The translations under genes were made by a program, and so were the position numbers. A stretch of DNA of 64,000 nucleotides from Mytilus trossulus (Eukaryota), in NCBI RefSeq assembly GCF_036588685.1, contig NC_086378.1, forward strand, positions 26,908,001-26,972,000, given 5' to 3'. Position 1 is the stretch's first letter. Each line of letters opens with the position of its first letter. Positions 28,111 through 42,870 of this stretch are shown in pieces. Below the pieces are notes generated by a model. That model ran no database searches and was not told the origin of the DNA. It saw nothing but the letters and a program-made list of their open reading frames with translations.

Positions 28111-29032
28111 TAGTATTGTCAAATCGTACACTATTGCCTGACCGGTTATTCGTATAATCGTTCGACCGATTAACCGGTTAACCGGTAATTTAAGTTGGTG
28201 TTTGAAAAGCTTTATATCTTTAGTACCCTACACATAGCTATAAGATGTGGTTTGGGTGTCAATGTGATAACCTTCCATCCAAGTCATAAATTTACGCTTG
28301 TTAAATTGATGTTTCTCCTTAAGCATTACAAAGCTTTTCTGTGCGGATTCATTGCGAAATTTGACTTTTAATATTCAGATACACCATATCACCTATGGCG
28401 TTTGTATCAATTTTAGATTGAAATATAAAAAAAACCTTCATGGTCCCGTAGAAAGGAATATGTCTGAAACCGATGATTTTTTCCGTTTCTCTTGTCTCCG
28501 AAATTAATGTGGAGTGTTTCAATTTGAAATGATTAAGCATGTTACTCGTACTATTTCGTATACATTTAGTACATTCATATTGGTTTGCATTTTACAATAT
28601 TTTATTTAACATTTTGATAAAAGTATATCAAAGCCTTAGACTACGGAGGTTGCAAATTTAGAATTAGGTCTACAGGCTATTAGATAAAAAAAAATAAGTA
28701 TATCGTAAAATTTAATCGTATAAACTGATTTAAAGTTACTGTTAAAATAACATGTACACTAATTATGTTTCATTAAGATCTTGTCCCAAGCTGAGCGACA
28801 AGTTCTAACTGATTGTTTGTTTTTCGGATTAACAATAGCAATGGATAGACTGGACAATTGATCTGTCAAATTAAATACCGCGACAACAATTTTTAAATAA
28901 TCATAACTATTTAATGATTTCGATACAAATTTATATCAAATCTATTTAAATTAGAAAAATATCCGGTTAACCGGTTAGCGTTTTTGGTATTCGGTATTCT
29001 GTCGTTCGACCGGTTAACCGTTGACAACACTA
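28111..29032. mobile_element. hAT-like MITE with subterminal ggttaacc motifs
   Basis: TIR tagtattgtcaa / ttgacaacacta, accggttaaccgg clusters at both ends, and near-identical flanks agtaattat / actaattat. Confidence 0.7.
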
Positions 29033-29189
29033 ACTAATTATGGTAGTACAGATTTTCCTAATGAAAGGCGTATTCCTTATTTCGCATAAATTCAAACTAA
29101 TTTTAAATGGAATATAAATTATCAAAAGCAAACACTGATATCTAATTATTTCATAACATTATTAGTTTTTTCTATATAGGTTTTGAGAT

Positions 29190-30043
29190 ACATCGCAATA
29201 TGTGACCCCCCTTTTTTTACCAAAACACTCAATAACACTTAACCAAAATTCAAAAACATCACCAAACAGAATACAGCTGTTAAGATTTATATAACTAAGA
29301 AGTGAGTAAAGTTTGATGCAATAATAATAAACCGTTTTTAAGAAATAGCGCGACATGTTACAAAAACACTCCTGTTTTACTCACAAATTCCTGTAACTCA
29401 AAAAGATTTAATTTGATTTTCACTAAAACGTTTACTGATCGTTTGATAATTTTGAGAAATAACTGTGTTTAGTTTCATGAAAATTAGATAATCTGTTCTC
29501 AAATTAAGGTGCGACATGTTTACGCTGAACAGACGGATAGACGGATAGATAGACAGACGGACGGACAAAATGACTGAAAAAAAGAGGAACGAACGGATGG
29601 AAGGACGGACGGATGGACAGATGGGCGGCCAGACGGATGTATACAATAATATGTTCTGTCAAAACTGTGACGGGCGTGTAAAAAACGTAAAGAAATGAAA
29701 AAAAAACCTCCTAATTAAAGGTCAAGTTTTATAAGGATATCGGTTAAGTCTACTTATATGTATATCTTGTATTCCTTATGATTTTTGCTATTTTATATAT
29801 TTGAAAATAATAGATAGCAATTGATAAAAAGAACTTGAAATTAGTTATGTAAGGGCAATGCAATAACTCCTTTTAGAAGTAATGTGAGAATTTTGTAGTA
29901 AATGGACAAATGGTAGAGCTCAATTGTAATTTTAGATTTCAAAATTTAAGTTAAACAATTATATTTAAAGAAAATGTACGACGGTCGACCGATGCCAAGT
30001 GATGAAAAAATGACTTTTCCTGTGGGGTCAGGTGAGCTAAAAA
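29190..30043 (-). mobile_element. Fragments of HINE-like elements with a (gacg)n-type microsatellite
   Basis: agacggacgg microsatellite at 29528-29640, and caggtgagctaaaaa (reverse complement of the HINE 5' end) at ~30029-30043. Confidence 0.55.
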
Positions 30044-30944
30044 CAACCAAGAATTCTTGACAAAATTGCACCGCACTAATCAAATGGCAGAGTCAAAGGA
30101 TAAAACACATCAAACGAATGGACAACAACTGTCATATTCCTGACTTGTAAATAGAACCTCCTATACATAGAAATTCAAATTAACAGTAAAGATACAACTG
30201 AAAGTAATAACAAATACAGCCTATAGGATGGAATGTCTGTATACCATCGTTTTGTTTAATGCATCAATGATTACCTAAACAATTATGTTTACAAAGAAAA
30301 TGAATCGACCCTGTAACCGTCAAAAGTCTTATACAAACATTTGTCTTTCCAATATTGTTTTATGGGTTTGAATTACTATTGCCTAATGGGGAAAATCTAG
30401 TATCAATTTTAAAGGACTATCAAACATATGCATAGCCAGTAAATGTAGCAGATCGAACAATGTATACAATCTTTGGCTTTCTGCCTTTAGAAGTGATCTA
30501 TCTGGGGGCATATCAATAGGTACTTGTATGCAGGATTGAAATACGTTATTACATGTGTCAATAGCGTTATGAAGTATGTACAACAATTATATGATGTAGA
30601 GGAACACAACCAACATTAAATCAAACATAATTGGTGATTATATGATTTCGTATAACATTTTGTTTGAACTGTGAAGTTTATGACTTTCGACCGATCTCAA
30701 CTCGTGCATCAACCACTATCTCATTAAAAAATCTTCTGGGTAGAAATATTTTTTCTCCTTGAAAATGTATCTTGTTTTTTTTTAATATACAATGTATATA
30801 TCCAGTTGGTATCGTTGTACATATTCTTAGACCTGTAGATTTTTTTCTTTTTGTGCAGCCTCACACTCTCTTCTATATTATCTTTTAGGGATCCTGCATT
30901 TTCTTTTAAGCACCGTTATTGGTCTTTTTCGTAATGGCTACATT

Positions 30945-31118
30945 TTATTGGTGAATGAAGCCAAAGTGCCCGGAGAAAACCATGGTCCTTCGAAAGTAAA
31001 ACTGACATTCATAGTCAATGAAGATTGAAGTCGAGTCCACCTGCACAGCGGGGGCTCGAACTCACAACCTAGTGATTACACTAGTAGTAACTACTTATAC
31101 CACTCGCCCGCCGAGGCA
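30945..31118 (-). mobile_element. tRNA-derived SINE
   Basis: Reverse complement gcctcggcgggcgagtggtataag...gagttcgagcccc has A-box-like and B-box (GTTCGA) motifs, followed by a body shared with 2600-2830. Confidence 0.6.
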
Positions 31119-31215
31119 CCATTGTCTTTAAATACCCTAAATGGAAACTTGACGCATGATACATCATTACATGGCGATACATGAATGCTATTGATTCTAA
31201 TAAATGTTTAAAAAA

Positions 31216-34200
31216 TCAATCTGTACTGTTATAAAGATATAGCTCTCTGTGTAAACAGTGTTCAAACACAATTGTAGCTTTACGTTTTGGGTTAACTGTT
31301 CCTTCAGGAAACCTTGTCTGAAAAGTCTCTGAATTTGAAACTTCTTTTGTCATAAAGGTTAAAACATCCATTACATCGATGCGATTTGTTTTCTTTTGAA
31401 TGCGAAGTTGTTCTTTCATCGCTTTATGTAGAGAAATGAGCATCCAACCACCTTTATCGTCTCTTCCGTACGATTGTTTTTCTGAAATAATTGAAGAGAA
31501 AATTAATGACCCATTAAAATACTAAAATAAGTATGTATCATTCAAAAGCAGAAGCATAATAATTGCTTTTTCCTGTTGTTCCTTTGTTTTCATCCGATAG
31601 TGATGTATTTCCTCGGTTTTAGTTTGTAACCCGCATTTGTTTTCTTTTAATCAATTTATGACTTTTGAACACGGTGTCGGACTACTGTTGTTTTAATTTT
31701 TCTGTTCAATAATAATGCTCAAGTTACAATACAGTGGAACACTATAATGCCATTTTACCCTATAAAGAGTACAAGGATTTACCTGCCCAAAGTTAGCAAC
31801 ATGGCTAACTTTTCTTAGTCAATCCATTAAACCGTCTTCTCAGGTTTTGTCAGTGACTATTGACTTCTAAATGTGTATTGTAAATCTTGTTAATTGCAAT
31901 TACATAACTTTAATTACCAATTTCGATCCTCTTTATTGAAGCAGAAAAGGCAAGATTTGGTATTTTAGTAACATGCATGTAATTGATAAATCATGTATAT
32001 ATTTTTTTTATTTGTTGAACTATTAATGACATTAATGTTACCTGAAGCTGATGAATACACCACTAACACATCATCACTACACGGTGGGTATATAACACGC
32101 ATCATATCCTTAGATTTATCTGTGCTCCAACCAATCATTTCACCCAGTTTATGGAGGATATTTGCTTCTACAATGTCCTCTTTTTGAGATAGGTTTCCAG
32201 GGGTAACACTGGCACAAGATTTGATTTTTGTTGGAAACAAAGAGTTTGAGAGTCTATTTACTTTGTCTGCATGATCTGAAATAATGCTTGGGTTATTTTC
32301 TTTTACAGCAATATTAACTGGTAAAACATGTCCTTTGTCTATACAAGATTCATTCGCGGTTTTATCCATCTTTGTCCGACACGCCTGCAAAATAACAACA
32401 TGTATTAACCTTTGACCATTCCTGATGCAGGTACATCAAGACGAACGCTTTGAACGCATGAAATTTATTTAACGTTTTTTAGTCAAGAACTGCGAATTCA
32501 ATTTTAAGACACTATTTAATATACACAATGGACTAGCCTATGAGATTAGGCTGATTATTAACGGAAGAGGTCTTTGTCTTTTTTGTTTATATTCAATGGG
32601 TTTTGTATCGAAGAAAACGATCAAAATACAAAATTTTCTTTTGATATTCAATTTGTTTTGTTGTCTACAATTGTTTCTAAATCTTTCTTGAAGTTAACCA
32701 TCATACTACAAACCTGGATGAAAAGCATCTTCGGTTTATCTTGCAAGGCTTCTGTTCCTGTGATTGTTTCTATAATACTTTTTGTTGTCACTGTATCTTC
32801 ATCCACTCCACATATACAATGATCTCTGTAATACAACCCAGGTGTCTTCATAGTTCTTGGTTTTTCGATACCATGGCTTGCAAGAACACACGCAAAGCAA
32901 TCTGATTGTTGATGAAATTCAGTTTGTTTGCAGGCTGATAACAATAAATAAAAAATGTGTTATCGAATGTCAAGATATTCAATTTTCCCTCTCTTTCTCG
33001 TACATAGTGCTAGTGGTTAGCTTGTAAGTTGTAGAAAGAACGAATTTAGGTAAGCTTTTATTTTGTCTATATTTTTACTATGACATCATTATATTTTTTT
33101 TCACTGCATTATTTATTAGTATATAAAGTTTTATATTCTTATTTCGCGATTGCCGCAAGTATGGATGTCTGGTCTGCAACAATCCATTTACCGAGATATT
33201 TTCTGAAATAAATTGTAACTACTGAGATTTTACTGGGAATAACTGGTTAATACCGCGACATAACCGAAAATGAGCGGTAATAATAAAACTTATTACTATC
33301 CTTATGTGAAGTGTTGTGAGTATAATTTGAAGATTCCTACTTAAATTATCAAATTTTGTACTTCATGGATTTTTAATATGAAGATGGAAACCCACCATAA
33401 AATAGTTAAAAAAACCAGAAACAAAACATCATTTATCGTCGAGTTATATCATTTTTATGAAAGTCTTAAAGTTGAATGATAATCAGATAGAGAATTTCAT
33501 TATGCCCTGCCTATCACTTCAAAGTTAAGATGTTCCAACTTACCTATTTCCATAACCAAATTTATTTGTTTTGCTGTCAAATCTTTGAAAGTTAAAACTG
33601 TGAACTTTAGATTCTTCCCAAATGTTTCTTGCATCAATCTTATTTCGTCATCACAGTATTTCCGACAGGTAAATGTTTTGAAATTTTCGTTGCTTATTAT
33701 TAAAGCTAGGCCCCTGAACCTTTTGCTACAATCATATTCGTTTTCATCAGATGGTATCGTAGGTTTTGATTTGGAAGATGCTGTTTTCAGGACACTAAAA
33801 TATAATTTTGTAAGTAAGATAAAGTTAGATAAGGTCATGTGACAATTCTTAATCCAAACGTTACATATTTCAAGATCAAATTTCATCAGGTGCGCCTGAT
33901 ACTAAAATTTGAAGTAGTAAAAATTTAAATCACAAAAATACTTAACTCCGAGGAAAGTTCAAAACGGGAAGTCCCTAATCAAATGGCAAAATCAAATGAT
34001 AAAACACATCAAACGAATAGACAGCAACTGCACATAACATTCTTTAAGCACACAAACCCGATGGCCTAAAAAAAAACCAGCTAAAATAACTTTTGCATAA
34101 CTCCATTAAAATTATTCGTGCACCGACATCTTACACTCAACGTAAACAAGAAACGATCACGTGACCATGAAGAATCTAGTAGGCTGACGTGCTTTCACAA

Positions 34201-35912
34201 TATATAAAAAAAAATATGTTTTACTGTAGAAGACGTTGAAAATAATGTAAAAAGCAGGATGATTATTTTCTTCCATGAAACCATTTTTATTTTTGCTCAA
34301 CATCTATAGACAAATTTAAAAAAATGGTCGTCAGATGTGAATTCTTTTTAATATCTTTAAAAAATGATTCACGTACTATTGTTGATTTTTTTTTTATACC
34401 ACCGCATGAACTGATTATACTATTTTATTGCATTTGTATGAATTTGGCTTAATATTGTAAATTATCGTATTAGCTTATAATCATATACATTGTATATACC
34501 TAGCAAAAATGTCTATCACATCTTGTTTACTTCCAACTGAAATATAAAAAAAAAATGTTAATTGTCATAATTATGAAAGTAAATATAATGTATCACCACT
34601 GACATTTGGAAGGGATTTCAACGTCATAAAAATCCGAAAATCTTGTTAATTTGAGTCGTTCGTGTCATGTATTTGAATCGAAATTTAAGTTTAACTTCTG
34701 TTATCACTAAATTAATAACTGCATATATGGGGTAAATATGAAAATAGAAGATGTGGTATGATTGTACAAGAGTCTGTTAGTCAGCATACGAAATGCAGTA
34801 AATAAAAACAAATGTCCACCAAGAGGTCATTATATGGTCTTTGTGGTATTGGCTTTAATTGCACAATCCGGTTTGCATTTGTCGGATATAAATAAAAAGG
34901 ATATACGTACATGTAACTTGTTTTCCTTAACTGCGAGTTGTTTCAAATTGGTAAAATTATTATTAATTTTTGTGTATGTTATCGTTAGTACCATTATCTT
35001 TTGAGTAATGTACTTTTTCAATACCGATTGTCACAGAATGTTCTTTGGTAATTCGAACGTTTCAAAGGTCCTATGAATTCAGAGGCGGATTTAGGGGGGG
35101 GGGGGGGTCAGTTATGAAAATATCTGGATCCGCCACTGATGATCGACCCAAAAAAAATAAAAAAAAAAATAAGGGGAGGGTTGAGATATAAAAATTATAG
35201 TATAGTAACTATAGTTGTGCCATTAAGTAGTTGTTGGATGTCATATCTATAAATACTAGTATTTTTTCTCTCAATTAGATTACTTCAAATTGATTACATA
35301 TCTAGCATTGTTTCTATTTGTTTTATTGACACTGAATTATTTAGAGCTTGACATTTGGTACAGTCACATAATTTTTGTTGAAGACTGTGTGTATTTTGTC
35401 ATGTGGTCGTCGTCACAATGACATTATCATATACACATTTCTTTTGTTTGGAAAATTTGTCAATATAGACGATTGATACAAGTTTATTATTTATTCATAA
35501 GTTGCCTTGGAAACCGGAAACGTGATTTCTATAAATACATACTGGTATAACTGTGTTGGTAAATAAAGCTATACATAAATTACATGAACACATACTAAAC
35601 AAGTACACATGTGTGAACAAAATACAATTTACTTATTCAGTTATCTTTTTTAAATCATTCTGTATAACATTAAGCTAGCTTTACATTTTAACCCTTGCAA
35701 GGTTATTGTAATGAAATGGAGCATTTTTTTTTATTTTCAGCCTAATGCAATTTAGCAGTACAATATTTTATTTTTAGATAGAACATCTGTTAACATTATC
35801 GATCGATATATATATATATATTCATCATCATTTATAATTGTATAAATTCAAGATACATATAGAATATTTTGTAATACATACCTTCCTTCCCTGTGTATAC
35901 GTTTAACGCCAT
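31216..35912 (-). CDS. Caspase paralog B (caspase-3/7-like, short prodomain), 6 exons: 35912-35882, 34536-34500, 33794-33544, 32934-32714, 32384-32042, 31481-31216; 382 aa
   Basis: The 1149-nt splice is fully in frame: MALNVYTGKEVGSKQDVIDIFASVLKT...RGLALIISNENF...DCFACVLASHG...KPKMLFIQACRT...GGWML. All introns are GT-AG. The two 5' micro-exons are less certain than the rest. Confidence 0.88.
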
Positions 35913-36459
35913 AACACAGAAAAACAATTATTAAGTTCACGGTATAATGGTTATGAATTTAATACACACCGGAAGATACTATAACTATGTGTATTGGATC
36001 GTTTATTCGTGTTATATAGTCAACTGCTGGCTAAAATAAGACCGTTGTCATTTTGAATTAAAAATTGATTATTGTAACTTTACATTTCTAATATTATAGA
36101 AAAAATATTTGACAAGTGCATTTGCGTAATTGCTTGTTATCAAATGTGCAATCAGTGCATATTTACAAAACAAATGACAAGCGTTTATCATGTTTATATT
36201 TAGGTTTCACACAAAGGTCCATGACATTTAAATAAAGCAAAAGGATTAAGTTACATATTTTATGAATAGACTACCGACATGTCTTATAATATTGTTTATA
36301 TTTATACTGTGAATGAAACGAAAAAATATTCTCATGTAAATAAGACTTTTTTTTTATATCAGTTGCTTCACTTGTTTCAATGTGTTGACGGAGTTGATAT
36401 TAAACTTTAAACATTTCAATACAAGACAAGCTAAGACAGAGAGAGTATGAAAAGAGGAC

Positions 36460-37800
36460 GAATCCTTTCCATTATTACCTGGCTGATAGTTATTATATCA
36501 ATTAAATACATTATATCAATCTCAATGGGACACACCGTACATTGTGTATAACATTGACCCAAAAAGTGAGAAAAACTGCAATGTGAGATTTATAAGAATG
36601 CCAATATTATATATGACCGACAGCATATGATGACCCCTCAAATAAGATCTACAAAAATGCCAATAAGATTGGACAGTCTATATGATAACCCCTCAAAATA
36701 AAATCTACAAAAATGCCAATAAGATCGACATCATAAATGATGACCCCTCAAAGAAGATCTACAAGAATACCAATAATAATGGAATCCTTTCCATGATTAC
36801 CTGACTGATAGTTGTTATATCAATTAAATACTTTATATTAATCTCAACGGGATACACCAAACGGTGTGTATAACATCGACCCAGAAAGCGAAAAAAAAAC
36901 AGTAATGTGAGATCATTATATTAATCTCAATGGGATACACCATACATTGTGTATAACATTGACCAAAAAAGTGAGAAAAACAGCAATGTGAGATCTATAA
37001 GAATGCCAATATTATATATGACCGACAGCATATGATGACTCCTCAAATAAGATCTACAAAAATGACAATAAGATTGGACAGTCTATATGATAACCCCTCA
37101 AAATAAGATCTACAAAAATGCCAATAAGATCGACATCATAAATGATGACCCCTCAAAGAAGATCTACAAGAATACCAATAATAATGGAATCCTTTCCATG
37201 ATTACCTGACTGATAGTTGTTATATCAATTAAATACTTTATATTATTCTCAACGGGATACACCAAACAGTGTGTATAACATCGACCCAGAAAGCGAAAAC
37301 AAAACAGTAATGTGAGATCTATAAGAATGCCAATATTATATATGACCGACAGCATATGATGACCCCTCAAATAAGATCTACAAAAATGTCAATAAGATTG
37401 GACAGTCTATATGATAACCCCTCAAAATAAGATCTACAAAAATGCCAATAAGATCGACAGTATATATGATGACCCCTCAAAGAAGATCTACAAAAATGCC
37501 TATAAGATGGACAGTATATATGATGACCCCTCAAAGAAGATCTACAAACATGCCAATAAGATCGACAGTATATATGATGACCCCTCAAAGAAGATCTACA
37601 AGAATGCCAATAAAATCGACAGTATATATGATGATCCCTCAAATAAGATCTACAAGATTGACAATAATAAGACCGACAGCATATGATGACCCCTCAAAGA
37701 AGATCTACAAGAAATACCGATAAGATCGACAGTATATTTGATGACCCCTCAAATAAGATATACAAGAATGGCAATAAGATCGACAGTATATATGATGACT
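36460..37800. repeat. Complex tandem array: 54-bp unit (aagatctacaaaaatgccaataagatcgacagtatatatgatgacccctcaaag) within higher-order ~320-400-bp blocks
   Basis: The unit gives an 18-aa periodicity in ORFs 37367-37723; the block marker aatcctttccat(g/t)attacctg occurs at ~36461, ~36783 and ~37188. Confidence 0.9.
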
Positions 37801-39068
37801 GCTTATAGAAGTAAATGCCATGAAACAATATTTTCTACTGACTTTTGTTGAGTTTTTGTCTATAAAACTATAATATAGGAAGTTAGAAACTGAAATTAGA
37901 TAAAACTTTCAGCAACCTACAGAAATGTTAATACGACGGAATGCATCGAGTATGAACATGTTTGGCATATTTTCGAGTTTTGACCCATCATTATTTTTTA
38001 CAAGAAAGAGTTTAAGGATCTTACAGGGTCTTCATAGTTTGTTGATCAGATATATTTTTTTCACTCAGATTTTAGGGATATAAATATGCTTGTTTCAGTT
38101 CTTAAAAATCACTGTGCGTATAAAGGTTATAATTTTAACTATGTTTATAATTACGAAATTAACTGAAAACAATTTTCATTAAGTTTGTTCAACTGTCAGT
38201 TTTTTTGTTTTTTTTATCAATTTTCAAAAGGTAGACGTCATATTTGTTTTTTGCTGTTCTTTTATTATTGCCTGTAAAACAAAGCAAGTATGGTAATTGT
38301 AATGTTATGGTTCTTGTCCTGTCTGGAATTAAATGTCTGTGACTTTATTATAGAATGAAGAGAATAACATCTCTCTGAACTTTTAATATTTTATTTCAAT
38401 GTACAAAAAAATGTTTTTTGGTTACAAATCATGATACATGTACTGTTTTATGTATGCATGTCATGCTGTCCATCAAAGACACTTAATTGGAAGAATAAAT
38501 TGATATTCTTATACTTATTCGTATTCTATACAATAATTACGATTATTATGTCACAATTACAGTTACAGTGTATAGTTTTTATTGTTAGATGTAAATATTT
38601 ATATTAGATGAACTGTAAAATTGTTATTGTTAGATGTAAATATTTAAACGGGTTATCAATAATATGTTAATGCATTTTATGCGATAGGATACATGTCTGT
38701 GATAAAAACATCTAAACATGTATATGATGCATTAATGATGAAATCATTCAAATAAGATTAGCTTAATATTTACTATCCAGTTGTTTATTTATCTTTTTCA
38801 TCTAAAAATCGTATATTTGTTTCTGAACAAACGAGTCCATTGTTGTTGGGTGCAAGTGCAAGTGCATGTACGTTAAATACAAACGTAACACTACGATAAC
38901 TGACAAATCAATAATAGAAATATATAGTGTGTGTGTGACATAGCTATGCATCGTTTAAAAAATCATAACATCAACTGTACTTCATCACACCAACACAAAT
39001 ACACAAGAAATCCTGAGGTCGATATTCGACCTTCAACCATGAACAGGTTTAACTTGTTTTGGATTTGA

Positions 39069-39112
39069 GCGTCACTGATGAGTCTTTTGTAGACGAAACG
39101 CGCGTCAGGCGT
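39069..39112 (+). ncRNA. Minimal type I hammerhead ribozyme, dispersed copy (one stem I mismatch)
   Basis: gcgtca-CTGATGA-gtc ttttgta gac-GAAA-cgcgcg-TC-aggcgt. Confidence 0.75.
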
Positions 39113-40419
39113 ATATACAAAATTCAGTCCTTGTATATATGATGAGTTTATTCAAATCGAACATAGTTAAGGATCACAGGGAACACATATTGAACAAAAC
39201 TATTAATGTACCAACAAATAATTCCTTAAAAAATTGATAAAAATGTTATTTCAATAAGAAGGAGTGATTGATGTTTGCATTACACTGCATTAGTTAAACA
39301 GGCAGTATCGCTGTGTGCCATAAGACAGTCAATAAGGAACGGAAAGGTCACAATAGGAGAAAAAACATTGTCCCGGTTATTAATGATATCGTTGTGAAGA
39401 TTATTGTTTAAACAACAGGATTTAGTTAAGTACGTCTGAGTCAGTGACAACCCTACAACAGATGTATCCATCGGATCGCCATCAATGATGGTGATACATG
39501 GCTGCGTACATGGAAGAACCAAAAATTTGCGAAAGCAAATTTACAGATCTAACATTGTTGGGTTGATGTTTAGACGAGTTGTATATATATATATATATTC
39601 ACTTTGCTAAATATAAAAAAGAAATGTGGTATGATTGCCAATGAGACAATGAAATTCAAAGATAATATTTAACCCTGAAATAAGAGGAACAAAATAAGTT
39701 CCACTTGATGGGATAATTAACTTAAAAATAAAATAAAATATTACTTTTAGTCCTGCGTATTCGTGGTTACACATTTTTTGTGGAATTTATGGGAAAAGGT
39801 GGACCAACACAATGCACTGTGCGCAAATAAATGTGTTGTTGCGTCTGAGGATACAATAAACGAACATGTTAGGTTTTATAAATATTTAATTCAAATTGTA
39901 TATCGTCATAATGTCACTGTAATGATTGAAGTTCACCACCCTTTTAAAGATTTCGTGTAATGGTTGATTTGTGTACAGCCCCAACATAAATTCATTACAA
40001 ATCTTTGAACCCTTTTAAATTAAAGTCCTCGCAGCTTTATCATGTTGCATCCTTTTGAACTCATGATATATTATAAAAGCAAAAAATAAACCACTGTACA
40101 TAGTATGGTAAGTAATTGAAATGATAATCACTGTTTCGTTATGTTTGCCGTATAAGATTAATAAAGATAATATTTCACTTATCATAAAATCAGGTGTAAA
40201 CAACATGTATACCTGACTTAATTTTCCTTCCGTAAAGGTAACATGGAAACTGTAACATTTACAGGCTCAGATGGTATGTGATTTGATTTTACTTCCTTTA
40301 CGGGCTTATGTTTAAGTTCGAAACGCGATGTTTTTGAAATATCCATTCAATTCAAGTCAAAGTCTTCTTTAAGCTATCCTTAAAACGATTCTTTTGTTCG
40401 AGATCCTTTACAATGCATA

Positions 40420-42870
40420 TGAATATGTATCGCTTTAAACCATCTCTAGTCTAAACGAGTGTCCAATCAATATGTCGCCCAATAAATAGTCCGGAGTCTA
40501 GACGAGTGTATATTAAATATGTCGCATTTTAAATCGTCACAAGTCAAGAAAAGTGTTGAATCAACATGTCGCGAAATCGTCCCGAGTCTGTACAAGCGTT
40601 ATATTGATAAGTCTCACTTTAAATCATCCCGAGCATAGAAAAGCGCCATATGAAGATGTCTTGCTTTAATTTGTACCGAATCTAGACAAGTGTGAAATCT
40701 AATTGAAAAAGTTTTGTTTAAATTGTTGCGATACTAGACTTGCTTCAAATCAATATGTCTCTCCTTAATCGCCCCAAGTCGATTTAAATGGAGAATCAGT
40801 ATATCTCGATTTGAATCGTTTCGATTCTTAACAAGCAACACATCAATATGTCTCGCTTTTTATCGTCCCGAGTCTAGACAAGCGCCAAACCAATATCTTG
40901 CGTTTTAATTGTCCCGATACTAGACACATGTCAGATCAATATGTTTTGTTTAATTTGTCCACATACTAGACACATGTCAGTTCAATATGTTCCGTTTAAT
41001 TGTCCCGATACTACACACATGTCAGATCAATATGTCTCGTTTGAATTGTCCCGATACTAGACACATGTCAGATCAATATGTTTCGTTTGAATTGTCCCGA
41101 TACTACACACATGTCAGATCAATATGTTTCGTTTGAATTGTCCCGATACTACACACATGCCAGTTCAATATGTTTCGTTTGAATTGTCCCGATACTACAC
41201 ACATGTCAGATCAATATGTTTCGTTTGAATTGTCCCGATACTACACACATGTCAGATCAATATGTTTCGTTTGAATTGTCCCGATACTACACACATGTCA
41301 GATCAATATGTTTCGTTTGAATTGTCCCGATACTACACACATGTCAGATCAATATGTCTCGTTTGAATTGTCCCGATACTACACACATGTCAGATCAATA
41401 TGTTTCGTTTGAATTGTCCCGATACTACACACATGTCAGATCAATATGTTTCGTTTGAATTGTCCCGATACTACACACATGCCAGATCAATATGTTTCGT
41501 TTGAATTGTCCCGATACTACACACATGTCAGATCAATATGTTTCGTTTGAATTGTCCCGATACTACACACATGTCAGATCAATATGTTTCGTTTGAATTG
41601 TCCCGATACTACACACATGTCAGATCAATATGTCTCGTTTGAATTGTCCCGATACTACACACATGTCAGATCAATATGTTTCGTTTGAATTGTCCCGATA
41701 CTACACACATGTCAGATCAATATGTTTCGTTTGAATTGTCCCGATACTACACACATGCCAGATCAATATGTTTCGTTTGAATTGTCCCGATACTACACAC
41801 ATGCCAGATCAATATGTTTCGTTTGAATTGTCCCGATACTACACACATGCCAGATCAATATGTTTTGTTGGAATTGTCCCGATACTAGACACATGTCAGA
41901 TCAATATATTTCGTTAGAATTGTCCCGATACTAGACACATGTCATATCAATATGTCTCGTTTGAATTGTCCCGATGCTAGACACGTGTCAGATCAATATG
42001 TCTTGTTTAAATTTTCCCGATACTAGACACCTGTCAGATCAATATGTTTCGTTAGAATTGTCCCTATACTAGTCACATATCAGATCAATATGTTTCGTTA
42101 GAATAGTCCCGATACTAGACGCGTGTCAGATCAATATGTTTCGTTAGAATTGTCCCTATACTAGTCACATATCAGATCAATATGTTTCGTTAGAATAGTC
42201 CCGATACTAGACGCGTGTCAGATCAACATGTTTCGTTAGAATTGTTCCTATACTAGACACATGTCAGATCAACATGTTTCGTTAGAATTGTTCCTATACT
42301 AGACACATGTCAGATCAAAATGTTTCGTTAGAATTGTCCCGATACTAGACACGTGTCAGATCAAAATGTTTCGTTAGAATTGTCCCGATACTAGACACGT
42401 GTCAGATCAAAATGTTTCGTTAGAATTGTCCCTATACTAGACACGTGTCAGATCAATATGTTTCGTTAGAATTGTCCCAAAACTAGACACATGTTAGATC
42501 AATATGTTCCGTTAAGTTGTTCTGATACTAGACACGTGTCAGATCAATATGTTTCGTTAGAATTGTCCCTATACTAGACACATGTCAGATCAATATGTAA
42601 ACTGTAAAATAGTAAATTGTAAAATAGTAAACTGTGTTATAAGTATGTCCCGTATCAAATCGTCTCGAGTGAAGACAAGGGTCAAAATAATATGTGTCAT
42701 TCGTAACATTCCAGCGTGTTTGAAAACAAGTGTGAAAAAAATTGTCTCGCGTAAACCGTTCAAGGTCTGGAAAAGTGCCAAAACAATATGTCTACCCTTT
42801 AATCGTCCCGAGTCTGGATAAGACTCAAAACAAACTGTCTTCCTTTAAATCTGACCGAGTCTAGACAACT
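40420..42870. repeat. 46-bp satellite (aattgtcccgatactacacacatgtcagatcaatatgtttcgtttg); homogeneous core ~40905-42597, degenerate flanks
   Basis: Head-to-tail 46-bp period (e.g. 41044 to 41090) with no unique spacers. Confidence 0.95.

Noticed and set aside
31020-31118. tRNA gene
   Set aside because: Only degenerate A/B boxes, no full cloverleaf, and attached to a SINE body.
37367-37723. Repetitive His/Cys-rich or DDPSKK proteins
   Set aside because: The 54-bp unit is a multiple of 3 and is open in several frames on both strands; no evidence of coding.
40905-42597. CRISPR-like regular repeats
   Set aside because: Head-to-tail 46-bp units with no unique spacers, no cas genes and a eukaryotic context.
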